32,000 nt of DNA from Paracoccus suum (GTDB lineage: Bacteria; Pseudomonadota; Alphaproteobacteria; Rhodobacterales; Rhodobacteraceae): the NCBI RefSeq assembly GCF_003324675.1, contig NZ_CP030918.1:1350001-1382000 (forward strand), given 5' to 3'. A program made the position numbers and the translations under genes. The notes beneath the pieces are model-generated. The model saw only the letters and a list, made by a program, of their open reading frames with translations. It was not told the origin of the DNA and searched no databases. This document shows positions 24,249-32,000 of the stretch, one piece after another; positions within the stretch are counted from its first letter, which is position 1, and each line of letters starts with the position of its first letter.

Positions 24249-24268
24249 ACATCGGAGGGCGTTTCGGA

Positions 24269-25393
24269 ATGACGCCCATGCGTCCCGCGGGTGCGGACGC
24301 GTTCCCGAAACCTACGGTCGAGCCTGCCGCGACCCGCACATCTCCCGACGAGGGCGCGCTTTATGCCGCCCTCGATCTCGGGACCAACAGTTGCCGGATG
24401 CTGATTGCCCGACCTAGGGGCAGTCAGTTTCAGGTCGTGGACAGCTTCTCCAAACCGGTCCAGCTCGGGCAGGGCCTGGAAGCGTCTGGCCGGCTGTCGC
24501 GCAGCAGCATGGCGCGGACCGTTCACGCCCTGCAGGTGTGCCGGCGCAAGCTGGATCAGCACGAAGTGACACGCATGCGCCTGGTTGCGACCGAGGCATG
24601 TCGCCGCGCCCGCAACAGCCGCGATTTCCTGCGCGCCGTGCGGCGCGAGACCGGCCTGCCGCTGGAAATCATCGAGGCCGAGGAGGAGGCCCGGCTGGCC
24701 GTGATCAGCTGCGCCCCGCTGGTCAGCCTGCGGACCGAGCACCTGCTGGTGGTCGACATCGGCGGCGGCTCGACCGAACTGGTGTGGATCGACCTCAGCG
24801 AGGTCGAGCCGCGCGAGCGTCCGCGCTCGATCATGAAGCTGTCGGACGGCTTCACCAACGCGTTGCCGGGGCAGGCGCGGGTGGTCGACTGGATCAGCGT
24901 GCCGCTGGGCGTTGCTACCCTGCGCGACCAGTTTGCCGACGTCGAGGACGAGCCCGGCCGGTTTGCGCTGATGAGCTGGTATTTCGAGGAACGGCTGGCG
25001 AACTTCGCGCCCTACGCGCTGAACACCCCGCCCGAGGGGTTCCAGATCATCGGCACCTCGGGGACGGTGACCACGGTCGCTGCCAGTCACCTGGGGTTGC
25101 GGCGCTACGACCGGACGAAGGTCGACGGGCTGGTGATGACCACCGACCAGATCGACCGGGTGATTCGCGACTACCTGCTGCTGGGCCCCGAGGGGCGCCG
25201 TGCCGATCCCCGCATCGGGCGCGAGCGGCATGCGCTGATCATGTCGGGCGCTGCGATCCTGCAGACGCTGATGCGGGTCTGGCCGACCAATCGCCTGTCG
25301 GTCGCGGATCGCGGTCTGCGCGAGGGTATCTTATATGCGCAGATGGTGCGCGACGGGGTTGTGACGCCCGAAGGACTGGAAGGGGTGGCATGA
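24269..25393 (+). CDS. Ppx/GppA family exopolyphosphatase / guanosine pentaphosphate phosphohydrolase
   Basis: 374 aa. [14 protein letters not shown] (phosphate 1), [12 protein letters not shown], and [12 protein letters not shown] (phosphate 2), which is the ASKHA-fold Ppx/GppA signature. Confidence 0.9.
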   Translation: MTPMRPAGADAFPKPTVEPAATRTSPDEGALYAALDLGTNSCRMLIARPRGSQFQVVDSFSKPVQLGQGLEASGRLSRSSMARTVHALQVCRRKLDQHEVTRMRLVATEACRRARNSRDFLRAVRRETGLPLEIIEAEEEARLAVISCAPLVSLRTEHLLVVDIGGGSTELVWIDLSEVEPRERPRSIMKLSDGFTNALPGQARVVDWISVPLGVATLRDQFADVEDEPGRFALMSWYFEERLANFAPYALNTPPEGFQIIGTSGTVTTVAASHLGLRRYDRTKVDGLVMTTDQIDRVIRDYLLLGPEGRRADPRIGRERHALIMSGAAILQTLMRVWPTNRLSVADRGLREGILYAQMVRDGVVTPEGLEGVA

Positions 25394-26196
25394 TGCCGAC
25401 GACAGGAGGGCCGGGCAAACCCGGCGGGCGCAAGGGCGCGGCGGCGGGCAAGACGGCCTCGGGCCGGGGCGAGCGAGACCTGCGGGTGCGGGTCAAGACC
25501 GCCAAGGGCCGCAAGCTGAGCAGCACGCTGTGGCTCGAGCGCCAGTTGAACGACCCCTATGTCCAGCGGGCCAAGCGCGAGGGCTATCGCGGACGCGCGG
25601 CCTACAAGATCCTGGAGCTGGACGAGAAATATCGCTTTCTCGTGCCCGGCGCGCGGGTCGTCGATCTCGGCTGCGCGCCGGGCGGCTGGTGCCAGGTCGC
25701 CGTCGCACGGGTTAATGCGCTGGGCGAAAAGGGCGGCAAAGCGCGCGGCACCGTGCTGGGGGTGGACCTGCAGGAGGTCGATCCCATCGCCGGCGCCCAG
25801 ATACACCAGCTGGATTTCCTGTCCGAGGATGCCGACGTCAAGGTCAAGGCCTGGCTAGGCGGCCCGGCTGACGTGGTGATGTCGGACATGGCTGCCGCCG
25901 CCTCGGGGCACAAAGGCACCGACCACCTGCGCATCATCGCGCTGCTGGAGGCTGCGGCGGAGTTCGCCTTTGACGTGTTGGAGGAGGGGGGTACCTTCGT
26001 CGCCAAGGTGTTGTCCGGCGGCGCCGAGCAGAACCTGCTGGCGGTGCTGAAGCGCAATTTCGAGAAGGTCGTGAATGTCAAGCCGCCCGCGAGCCGCGCG
26101 GATTCTTCGGAGAAATTCGTGGTCGCCATGGGTTTTCGCGGGCGGCAGGGACTCCCCAACCGGACGCCAGAGGTCGAGGCTGACGAACATGACTAG
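25390..26196 (+). CDS. rlmE: 23S rRNA (uridine2552-2'-O)-methyltransferase RlmE (FtsJ)
   Basis: [38 protein letters not shown]-type N-terminus, SAM motif [20 protein letters not shown], and FVAKVLSGG...[14 protein letters not shown] 25390 overlaps the ppx stop (ATGA). Confidence 0.93.
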   Translation: MMPTTGGPGKPGGRKGAAAGKTASGRGERDLRVRVKTAKGRKLSSTLWLERQLNDPYVQRAKREGYRGRAAYKILELDEKYRFLVPGARVVDLGCAPGGWCQVAVARVNALGEKGGKARGTVLGVDLQEVDPIAGAQIHQLDFLSEDADVKVKAWLGGPADVVMSDMAAAASGHKGTDHLRIIALLEAAAEFAFDVLEEGGTFVAKVLSGGAEQNLLAVLKRNFEKVVNVKPPASRADSSEKFVVAMGFRGRQGLPNRTPEVEADEHD

Positions 26197-26294
26197 GCGC
26201 CACGGGCTTTAGCGGAGGTTAGTCTCACGCCTGCCGCCGTGAGGAAGGCCAACGTGGAAGGTCCAGGCCCCGAGTTGAGTGGGTTGCTCAGCGA

Positions 26295-27218
26295 CTAGAC
26301 CTCGACCGGCACCGGCGTCCAGTCACCCATCCGATTGCGAAACCAGCTGCGCTGCGCCTTGGCATAGCGGCGGGTCGCGATGATCGCCGCCTCGCGCGCA
26401 TCCGCCAGCGAGGTTTCGCCGCGCAGATGCGCGAGCAGTTCCGCTGCGCCGATCGCCCGGGCCCATTGCGCCTGCGGCTGCCAGATCGGGCGCAGCGCCG
26501 CGACCTCGGCCAGTGCGCCGCCAGTCAGCATGGCGTCGAACCGACCCTCGATTCGAGCGGCGAGGCGGTCGCGGTCGGCCTGCAGCACCAGCCGATGCAC
26601 CCCCGCAGGGTCGATCAGCGGCGGCGGCGTGTCGGCCTGCCAGTCCGCCAGCCCACGCCCCGTCGCGCGCAGCACCTCCCACGCGCGCTGTACGCGCATC
26701 GGGTTCAGCCGGTCCAGTCCCGCCACCGTGCCGGCGTCCACGCCTGAAAGAAGGTTGGCAAGGCCGTCCGGCCCCAGCCGGATTCTGTCGGCCTCGGCCC
26801 GGACCTCGGGGGGGACCGGCGGGATAACCGCCAGCCCTTCCGTGAGGGCGGTCAGGTAGAGGCCGGTGCCACCGGCGATAATTAGCCGCTCGCCGCCTGC
26901 CAGCAACTCGGCGATTTCGGCCAGCCATGTGCCAACGGAATAAGTCGTGCCGGGCGCGACATGACCATAAAGGCGATGCGGCGCCGCGGCCTCGTCCTCG
27001 ACGGAGGGGCGGGCGGTCAGTACGCGCCAGCAGGACCACACCTGCAGGGCGTCAGCGTTGACGATCAGGCCGCCCTGTGCCCGCGAAATCGCCAGTGCCA
27101 GGGCCGATTTTCCGGCCGCCGTCGGCCCCGCGATCAACACATGCCGCGCCGGGTCCAGCCCCGCGATCAGCGGTGCGAATTCCACCGTCATGACGGGTGC
27201 GGCTTGTGCGCTGTCCAT
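26295..27218 (-). CDS. miaA: tRNA dimethylallyltransferase MiaA
   Basis: P-loop [20 protein letters not shown]...LTARPS, PHRLYGH and IAGGTGLY. Start candidates are ATG 27260, 27218 and 27191. 27260 would leave only 29 bp to the divergent pyrH start, so an internal start is favoured but unproven. Confidence 0.9.
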   Translation of the reverse strand: MDSAQAAPVMTVEFAPLIAGLDPARHVLIAGPTAAGKSALALAISRAQGGLIVNADALQVWSCWRVLTARPSVEDEAAAPHRLYGHVAPGTTYSVGTWLAEIAELLAGGERLIIAGGTGLYLTALTEGLAVIPPVPPEVRAEADRIRLGPDGLANLLSGVDAGTVAGLDRLNPMRVQRAWEVLRATGRGLADWQADTPPPLIDPAGVHRLVLQADRDRLAARIEGRFDAMLTGGALAEVAALRPIWQPQAQWARAIGAAELLAHLRGETSLADAREAAIIATRRYAKAQRSWFRNRMGDWTPVPVEV

Positions 27219-27289
27219 GGCCACCAGCCCTCGGTTGTGCCCGCGGCTCTTTTGCGACATTCATCGCGGAAATGTAACTGCCGGGGGCC

Positions 27290-28072
27290 ATGATGACCGA
27301 AACCACCTCTTCCTCGGCCGGCGACGGCGTGCCCGCCCCGACCAAGCCGGTCCTCGCACCCGGCGTCAGCTACCGCCGCGTGCTGCTGAAGATCAGCGGC
27401 GAGGCCCTGATGGGCGACCAGAGCTATGGCCTGCATCCCCCGACCGTCGCCCGCATCGCCGACGAGGTCGAGGCGGTCTACAAGATGGGTGTCGAGATCT
27501 GCATGGTCATCGGGGGCGGCAACATCTTCCGCGGCCTGCAAGGCAGCGCCCAGGGGCTGGAGCGGACCACCGCCGACTACATGGGCATGCTGGCGACGGT
27601 CATGAATGCACTGGCGATGCAGGCGGCGCTGGAGGCCAAGGGCATTCACACTCGCGTCATCAGCGCCATACGCATGGACGAGGTGGCAGAGCCCTATATC
27701 CGCCGTCGCGCCGTCCGCCATCTGGAGAAAAAGCGAGTCATTATCTTCGCCGCCGGCACCGGAAACCCCTATTTCACCACTGATACCGCGGCGACCCTGC
27801 GCGCCTCCGAGATGGCCTGCGAGGCGATCTTCAAGGGCACCAAGGTCGACGGCGTCTATGACAAGGACCCCGCGAAGTACCCCGACGCGGTCCGCTATGA
27901 CACTGTTTCCTATGACGAAGTCCTGCAAAAGCACCTTGGCGTGATGGACGCCTCGGCGATCGCCTTGGCGCGGGACAACAACCTGCCGATCATCGTCTTT
28001 TCCCTGGACGAGCCCGGCGGCTTTTGCGGCATCCTTGCGGGCAACGGCACCCACACCCGCGTCGGCGACTGA
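27290..28072 (+). CDS. pyrH: UMP kinase
   Basis: [52 protein letters not shown] and [13 protein letters not shown]. Confidence 0.95.
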   Translation: MMTETTSSSAGDGVPAPTKPVLAPGVSYRRVLLKISGEALMGDQSYGLHPPTVARIADEVEAVYKMGVEICMVIGGGNIFRGLQGSAQGLERTTADYMGMLATVMNALAMQAALEAKGIHTRVISAIRMDEVAEPYIRRRAVRHLEKKRVIIFAAGTGNPYFTTDTAATLRASEMACEAIFKGTKVDGVYDKDPAKYPDAVRYDTVSYDEVLQKHLGVMDASAIALARDNNLPIIVFSLDEPGGFCGILAGNGTHTRVGD

Positions 28073-28173
28073 CGCGGGGGCGGCCCGCCGCCGTGCCCGG
28101 CCGAACCCTTTGCCATGTGCCGCGTTCGGCGCTAAGAGGCTGGAAAACACAGCGAGCAGAGGCAGGGGCAGGC

Positions 28174-28737
28174 ATGGCTGAGGCTATTGAGATCGACACC
28201 GACGACCTCGAACGTCGGATGAAGGGCGCGATGGAGTCCCTGCGTCACGAATTCGCGTCTCTGCGGACCGGCCGCGCCTCGGCCAGCATGGTCGAGCCGA
28301 TCACGGTCGACGCCTATGGCACCGTGACCCCGATTAACCAGGTGGGGACGGTCAACGTCCCCGAGCCGCGGATGGTCACCATCAATGTCTGGGACAAGGC
28401 GCTGGTGAACAAGGTCGAAAAGGCCATCCGCGAAAGCGGCCTCGGAATCAATCCGCAGTTGAACGGCACGATCATCATGCTGCCGATCCCCGAATTGAAC
28501 GAGGAACGCCGGCGCGAGCTGACCCGCGTTGCCGCGCAGTATTCCGAACATGCCCGTGTCGCGATCCGCAACGTCCGCCGCGACGGCATGGACCAGGTCA
28601 AGAAAGCCAAGGCCGCGGGCATGGCCGAAGACGACCAGAAGTTCTGGGAGCAGGCTGTTCAGGAGCTGACCGACCGCATGATCGCCGAGGTGGACAAGGC
28701 GCTCGAGGCGAAACAAGCTGAAATCATGCAGGTCTGA
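28174..28737 (+). CDS. frr: Ribosome recycling factor
   Basis: 187 aa from ATG 28174: [20 protein letters not shown]...INVWDK...[14 protein letters not shown]...[14 protein letters not shown]..., canonical Frr. Confidence 0.95.
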   Translation: MAEAIEIDTDDLERRMKGAMESLRHEFASLRTGRASASMVEPITVDAYGTVTPINQVGTVNVPEPRMVTINVWDKALVNKVEKAIRESGLGINPQLNGTIIMLPIPELNEERRRELTRVAAQYSEHARVAIRNVRRDGMDQVKKAKAAGMAEDDQKFWEQAVQELTDRMIAEVDKALEAKQAEIMQV

Positions 28738-28741
28738 GGCG

Positions 28742-29488
28742 ATGGCCGAAACCGCGCTGGACCTCAACGCTGCCGCTGCCATCCCCTCGGGCACTGAGCA
28801 TCGTCCCCGCCATGTCGCCATCATCATGGACGGTAACGGCCGCTGGGCCACGCAAAAGGGCTGGCCGCGCCTCGTCGGACACCGCCGCGGCGCCGAGCGG
28901 GTCAAGCAGATCGTTCACGCGGCCCCGGACCTCGGGGTCGACTGGCTGACGATCTACGCCTTCTCGACCGAGAACTGGAAGCGTTCGACCGAGGAAGTGC
29001 TTGGCCTCATGGGTATTTTTGCCCGTTATATCGAGCGCGAGGCGGTCACCATGTCGCGCGAGGGCGTGCGTATGCGGTTTATCGGCGAGCGCGAACGGCT
29101 GAACTCGCGCCTGCGCAACCTGATGAACAGCATTGAAGATCGCACCGCCGGCAACACCCGCCTGAACCTGACGGTGGCGATCAATTACGGCGGGCGGGAC
29201 GAGATCCTGCGTGCTGCCCGCCGCCTGTCCGAACGCATGGCCCGCAACGAGGTCGATGCCATTACCGAGGAAAGCTTTGCCGCCTGCCTCGATACCGCCG
29301 GCCACCCGGAGCCTGACCTGGTGATCCGCACGTCGGGCGAGACGCGGGTCTCCAATTTCCTGCCCTACCAGGCGGCCTACGCGGAATACGAGTTCACGCC
29401 GGTGCTGTGGCCGGATTTCACGCCCGACCATCTGGCGGCGATCCTGGATCGCTTCGGGATGCGAGCCCGGCGCTTCGGGGGCGCATGA
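28742..29488 (+). CDS. uppS: Isoprenyl transferase (undecaprenyl diphosphate synthase)
   Basis: HVAIIMDGNGRWA, LTIYAFSTENWKR, and DLVIRTSGETRVSNFLPYQAAYAEYEF. Confidence 0.95.
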   Translation: MAETALDLNAAAAIPSGTEHRPRHVAIIMDGNGRWATQKGWPRLVGHRRGAERVKQIVHAAPDLGVDWLTIYAFSTENWKRSTEEVLGLMGIFARYIEREAVTMSREGVRMRFIGERERLNSRLRNLMNSIEDRTAGNTRLNLTVAINYGGRDEILRAARRLSERMARNEVDAITEESFAACLDTAGHPEPDLVIRTSGETRVSNFLPYQAAYAEYEFTPVLWPDFTPDHLAAILDRFGMRARRFGGA

Positions 29489-30372
29489 CGCCCCCGGCCG
29501 GCGAGCCGGCGGGCGATCTGCCACCGCCTCCACCGCGCAGATCGTCGGCCCCGGCCGCCGGTAAGTCGGGCGGAGGGGCTTGGTCCGACCTGTCGCGGCG
29601 CGTGGCCTCGACCGTGGTTTTGCTCGGTATCGGCGTCGCGATTGCGCTGGCGACGGGCATCTGGCTGCGCCTGTTCATCTCGGCCATCGTGGCGATCACC
29701 TTCTGGGAACTGGCCCGCGTGACCGGATGGCGCCACCCCGAGATGCACGCGACCCTTTTCGGTCGCATGCGCCCTGTCGTGCTGGCGTTGCTTGCCGGCC
29801 TGACCCTGATGGCGGTGCTGACCGGCGGTGCGCCGGGGATGCTTGCTATCCCTATCGTCATCGGCCTGATCGGCGCCGCCGACCGCGACCGGGTCAGTTA
29901 TGCAATCTTTGGTCTCGCAATCCTGCTGGTCGGCGACGGGTTGGTCCATCTGCGCGAGGGCCTCGGCCTCGGCGCGGTGCTGTGGACCATGGGTGTTGTC
30001 GTCATCTCGGACACGCTGGGTTATTTCGTCGGGCGCACCGTCGGCGGCCCGAAGTTCTGGCCCGCACTCAGCCCGAAAAAGACCTGGTCCGGCACCATCG
30101 CTGGCTGGATCGGAGCGGCGCTGTTCGGTGCGCTGCTGGTGGCGCTGGCGCGCGGCGGAATACAGCTGATATTGCTGTCGCCGTTGGTCGCGCTGGCCGG
30201 GCAGATGGGCGACATCGCGGAAAGCTGGCTGAAACGCCGGGCGGGGGTCAAGGACAGCTCGAACCTGATCCCCGGTCATGGCGGGTTCATGGACCGCTTT
30301 GACGCGGTCTGCGGCGCGGTGCTGATGGTCAGCCTGCTGGACCTGGTCGGCCTGGTTCCGATCGAAGGATAG
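29485..30372 (+). CDS. cdsA: Phosphatidate cytidylyltransferase
   Basis: Polytopic membrane protein with the CTP_transf_1 signature SDTLGYFVGRTVGGPKFWPALSPKKTWSG...GD..ES..KR..GVKDSSNLIPGHGGFMDRFD. ATG 29485 overlaps the uppS stop (ATGA). Confidence 0.92.
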   Translation: MTPPAGEPAGDLPPPPPRRSSAPAAGKSGGGAWSDLSRRVASTVVLLGIGVAIALATGIWLRLFISAIVAITFWELARVTGWRHPEMHATLFGRMRPVVLALLAGLTLMAVLTGGAPGMLAIPIVIGLIGAADRDRVSYAIFGLAILLVGDGLVHLREGLGLGAVLWTMGVVVISDTLGYFVGRTVGGPKFWPALSPKKTWSGTIAGWIGAALFGALLVALARGGIQLILLSPLVALAGQMGDIAESWLKRRAGVKDSSNLIPGHGGFMDRFDAVCGAVLMVSLLDLVGLVPIEG

Positions 30373-30375
30373 CCG

Positions 30376-31542
30376 ATGCGAAGCGTGACGATCCTCGGCG
30401 CAACCGGCTCGGTCGGTGAGAGCGCGTTTGACCTGCTGGTTCGCGCCGGCGGGGCAGGGGCGTTGCGCACCGTTGCGCTGACCGGCGGACGGAATATCGC
30501 GCGCCTCGCGCAGATGGCGCGCACCCTGCGGGCCGAGGTTGCCGTCACCGCGCATGAGGACGAATTGCCCGCCCTGCGCGCCGCGCTTGCGGGCAGCGAC
30601 GTAGCTGCCGCTGCCGGAGTCGCCGCGCTGGTCGAGGCTGCCGCCCGTCCTGCCGACTGGACGCTGTCCGCCATCGTGGGGGCCGCCGGCCTCGCCCCCG
30701 GTCTGGCCGTGCTGGAACGCGGCGGAACTCTTGCGCTTGCCAACAAGGAAACGCTCGTCGCCGCCGGCCGCCTGGTGATGGCCACCGCTACCCGCACCGG
30801 TGCGCGCATCCTGCCGGTTGACAGTGAACATTCGGCGATCTTCCAGGCCCTTGGCAATGACGATCTGGCCTCGGTCGCGCGGGTGACGATCACCGCCTCG
30901 GGCGGGGCGTTTCGCGATTGGCCGATGGAACGGCTGGCCCGGGCAACGGTGGCCGAGGCCTCGACCCACCCCAACTGGGCCATGGGCCAGCGGATCACCA
31001 TCGACAGCGCCAGCATGTTCAACAAGGCGCTGGAAGTCATTGAGGCGCATGAGTTCTTTGACCTCGCGCCAGACAAGATCGCAGTCCTGATCCACCCCGA
31101 AAGCATCGTGCACGCCCTGGTCGCCCATATAGATGGCGGCGTCATCGCCCACCTTGGCGCGCCGGACATGCGCCACGCCATCGGCTATGCGCTGAACTGG
31201 CCGGCCCGCGCTCCGCTGCCGGTGGCGGCGCTGGACCTGGCCGCGCAAGGCAGCCTCAGCTTTGCCGCGCCCAGCGAAGAGCGCTGGCCCGCCCTGCGCC
31301 TTGCGCGCGAGGTGATGGCGTCAGGGGGCGCCGCCGGGACCGTGCTCAACGCCGCCAAGGAAGAGGCGCTGGACCAGTTCATCGCCGGCCGCCTCACCTT
31401 TCCCGCCATGGCCGATGCGGTCGAGGCGGCGCTGGCCGCCGCCGCCGGGCAGGCCGGCTTTGCAGACAGCCCAACCGACCTCGACACCGTTCTGCACTGG
31501 GACGCCTACGCCCGCCGCATTGCCGCAAAGGCCCTTTCATGA
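30376..31542 (+). CDS. dxr: 1-deoxy-D-xylulose 5-phosphate reductoisomerase
   Basis: ILGATGSVGES, LANKETLV, PVDSEHSAIFQ, SGGAFRD, HPNWAMGQRITIDSASMFNKALEVIEAH. Confidence 0.96.
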   Translation: MRSVTILGATGSVGESAFDLLVRAGGAGALRTVALTGGRNIARLAQMARTLRAEVAVTAHEDELPALRAALAGSDVAAAAGVAALVEAAARPADWTLSAIVGAAGLAPGLAVLERGGTLALANKETLVAAGRLVMATATRTGARILPVDSEHSAIFQALGNDDLASVARVTITASGGAFRDWPMERLARATVAEASTHPNWAMGQRITIDSASMFNKALEVIEAHEFFDLAPDKIAVLIHPESIVHALVAHIDGGVIAHLGAPDMRHAIGYALNWPARAPLPVAALDLAAQGSLSFAAPSEERWPALRLAREVMASGGAAGTVLNAAKEEALDQFIAGRLTFPAMADAVEAALAAAAGQAGFADSPTDLDTVLHWDAYARRIAAKALS

Positions 31543-32000
31543 CCGACCTGCTTCCTGCCTTTGGCAGCACGCTGCACACAGTGCTGGCCTTTGTCATTGC
31601 CCTCAGCGTGATCGTCGCGGTGCACGAGTTCGGCCATTACATCATCGGCCGTTGGTCGGGCATCCGCGCCGAAGTGTTCTCGATCGGCTTCGGGCCGCGC
31701 CTTGCGGCGCGCCGCGACCGGCACGGCACATTGTGGCAGATCGCGGCGGTTCCGCTGGGCGGCTATGTCCGGTTCCTGGGCGATACCAACGCCGCGAGCG
31801 CCGGCACGGCCAAACCGGTGCCCGGCCGCGCGCGGGAGACGCTGGAGGGCGCGCCGCTCTGGGCGCGGATGGCAACGGTCGCGGCCGGGCCGGGCTTCAG
31901 CTTTCTGCTGGCCATCGTGATTTTCGCCAGCTTTGCCCTGATCCGCGGCGTGCCGCTGGACCAACCAACCGTCGGCGCGCTGTCGCCAGTCCCGCCCGGG
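31539..32000 (+). CDS. rseP: RIP zinc metalloprotease RseP (5' part; runs off the right window edge)
   Basis: MTDLLPAFGSTLHTVLAFVIALSVIVAVHEFGHYIIGRW... contains the HExxH motif in TM1, then PLGGYVRFLGD. ATG 31539 overlaps the dxr stop (ATGA). It continues the conserved uppS-cdsA-dxr-rseP order. Confidence 0.92.
   Translation, partial: MTDLLPAFGSTLHTVLAFVIALSVIVAVHEFGHYIIGRWSGIRAEVFSIGFGPRLAARRDRHGTLWQIAAVPLGGYVRFLGDTNAASAGTAKPVPGRARETLEGAPLWARMATVAAGPGFSFLLAIVIFASFALIRGVPLDQPTVGALSPVPPG

Noticed and set aside
24128-25231. 367-aa minus-strand ORF antisense to the ppx/gppA gene.
   Set aside because: It is a shadow ORF. The plus-strand frame carries both ASKHA phosphate-binding motifs.
26197-26294. 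The hairpin CTCACG-n8-CGTGAG between convergent rlmE and miaA, as a terminator.
   Set aside because: It is a 6-bp stem without a T-run on either strand. It is plausible, but the sequence alone does not support a call.
29377-31248. 623-aa minus-strand ORF antisense to cdsA and dxr, the longest ORF in this part of the window.
   Set aside because: It is a shadow ORF spanning two canonical genes. The translation is extremely Arg/Gly/Asp/Gln-rich with no motifs.

Overview
High-GC (about two-thirds G+C by eye) chromosomal segment with alphaproteobacterial, Rhodobacterales/Paracoccus-like gene content and synteny; the taxon is an inference. Nearly all of it is densely packed housekeeping DNA. The main operons are rpmH, then rnpA-yidD-ttcA-yidC-MOSC-engB, argB, waaA, a pcm-like gene with tolC and a popZ-like gene, surE-pcm-nlpD, ppx-rlmE, miaA, and pyrH-frr-uppS-cdsA-dxr-rseP. 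There are two isolated tRNA genes, tRNA-Arg(ACG) and tRNA-Cys(GCA). I found no CRISPR array, transposase, integrase, prophage or recognisable defence genes. Two regions look accessory. (1) The left edge carries a SoxR-like MerR regulator, divergent from a textbook sox-box promoter with a 19-bp spacer, that drives an FMN reductase and an MFS exporter next to tRNA-Arg. (2) A co-directional minus-strand block at 18.8-24.1 kb holds a start/stop-overlapping trio: sulfotransferase, an unclassifiable membrane protein with a GHSSG motif, and a cytochrome P450. The trio is flanked by a 54-aa membrane peptide, a small secreted protein and a class V aminotransferase. This trio is the best candidate for an undescribed system; its function is speculative. 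Other points worth a second look are a perfect 2 x 26 bp tandem duplication in the rpmH leader, ttcA and a MOSC gene embedded in a six-gene overlapping array, and a sharp A/T-third-position codon patch at the 3' end of tolC upstream of popZ. The many long ORFs antisense to real genes are high-GC shadow ORFs. All calls rest on reading the sequence and remembered family motifs; no searches were run.
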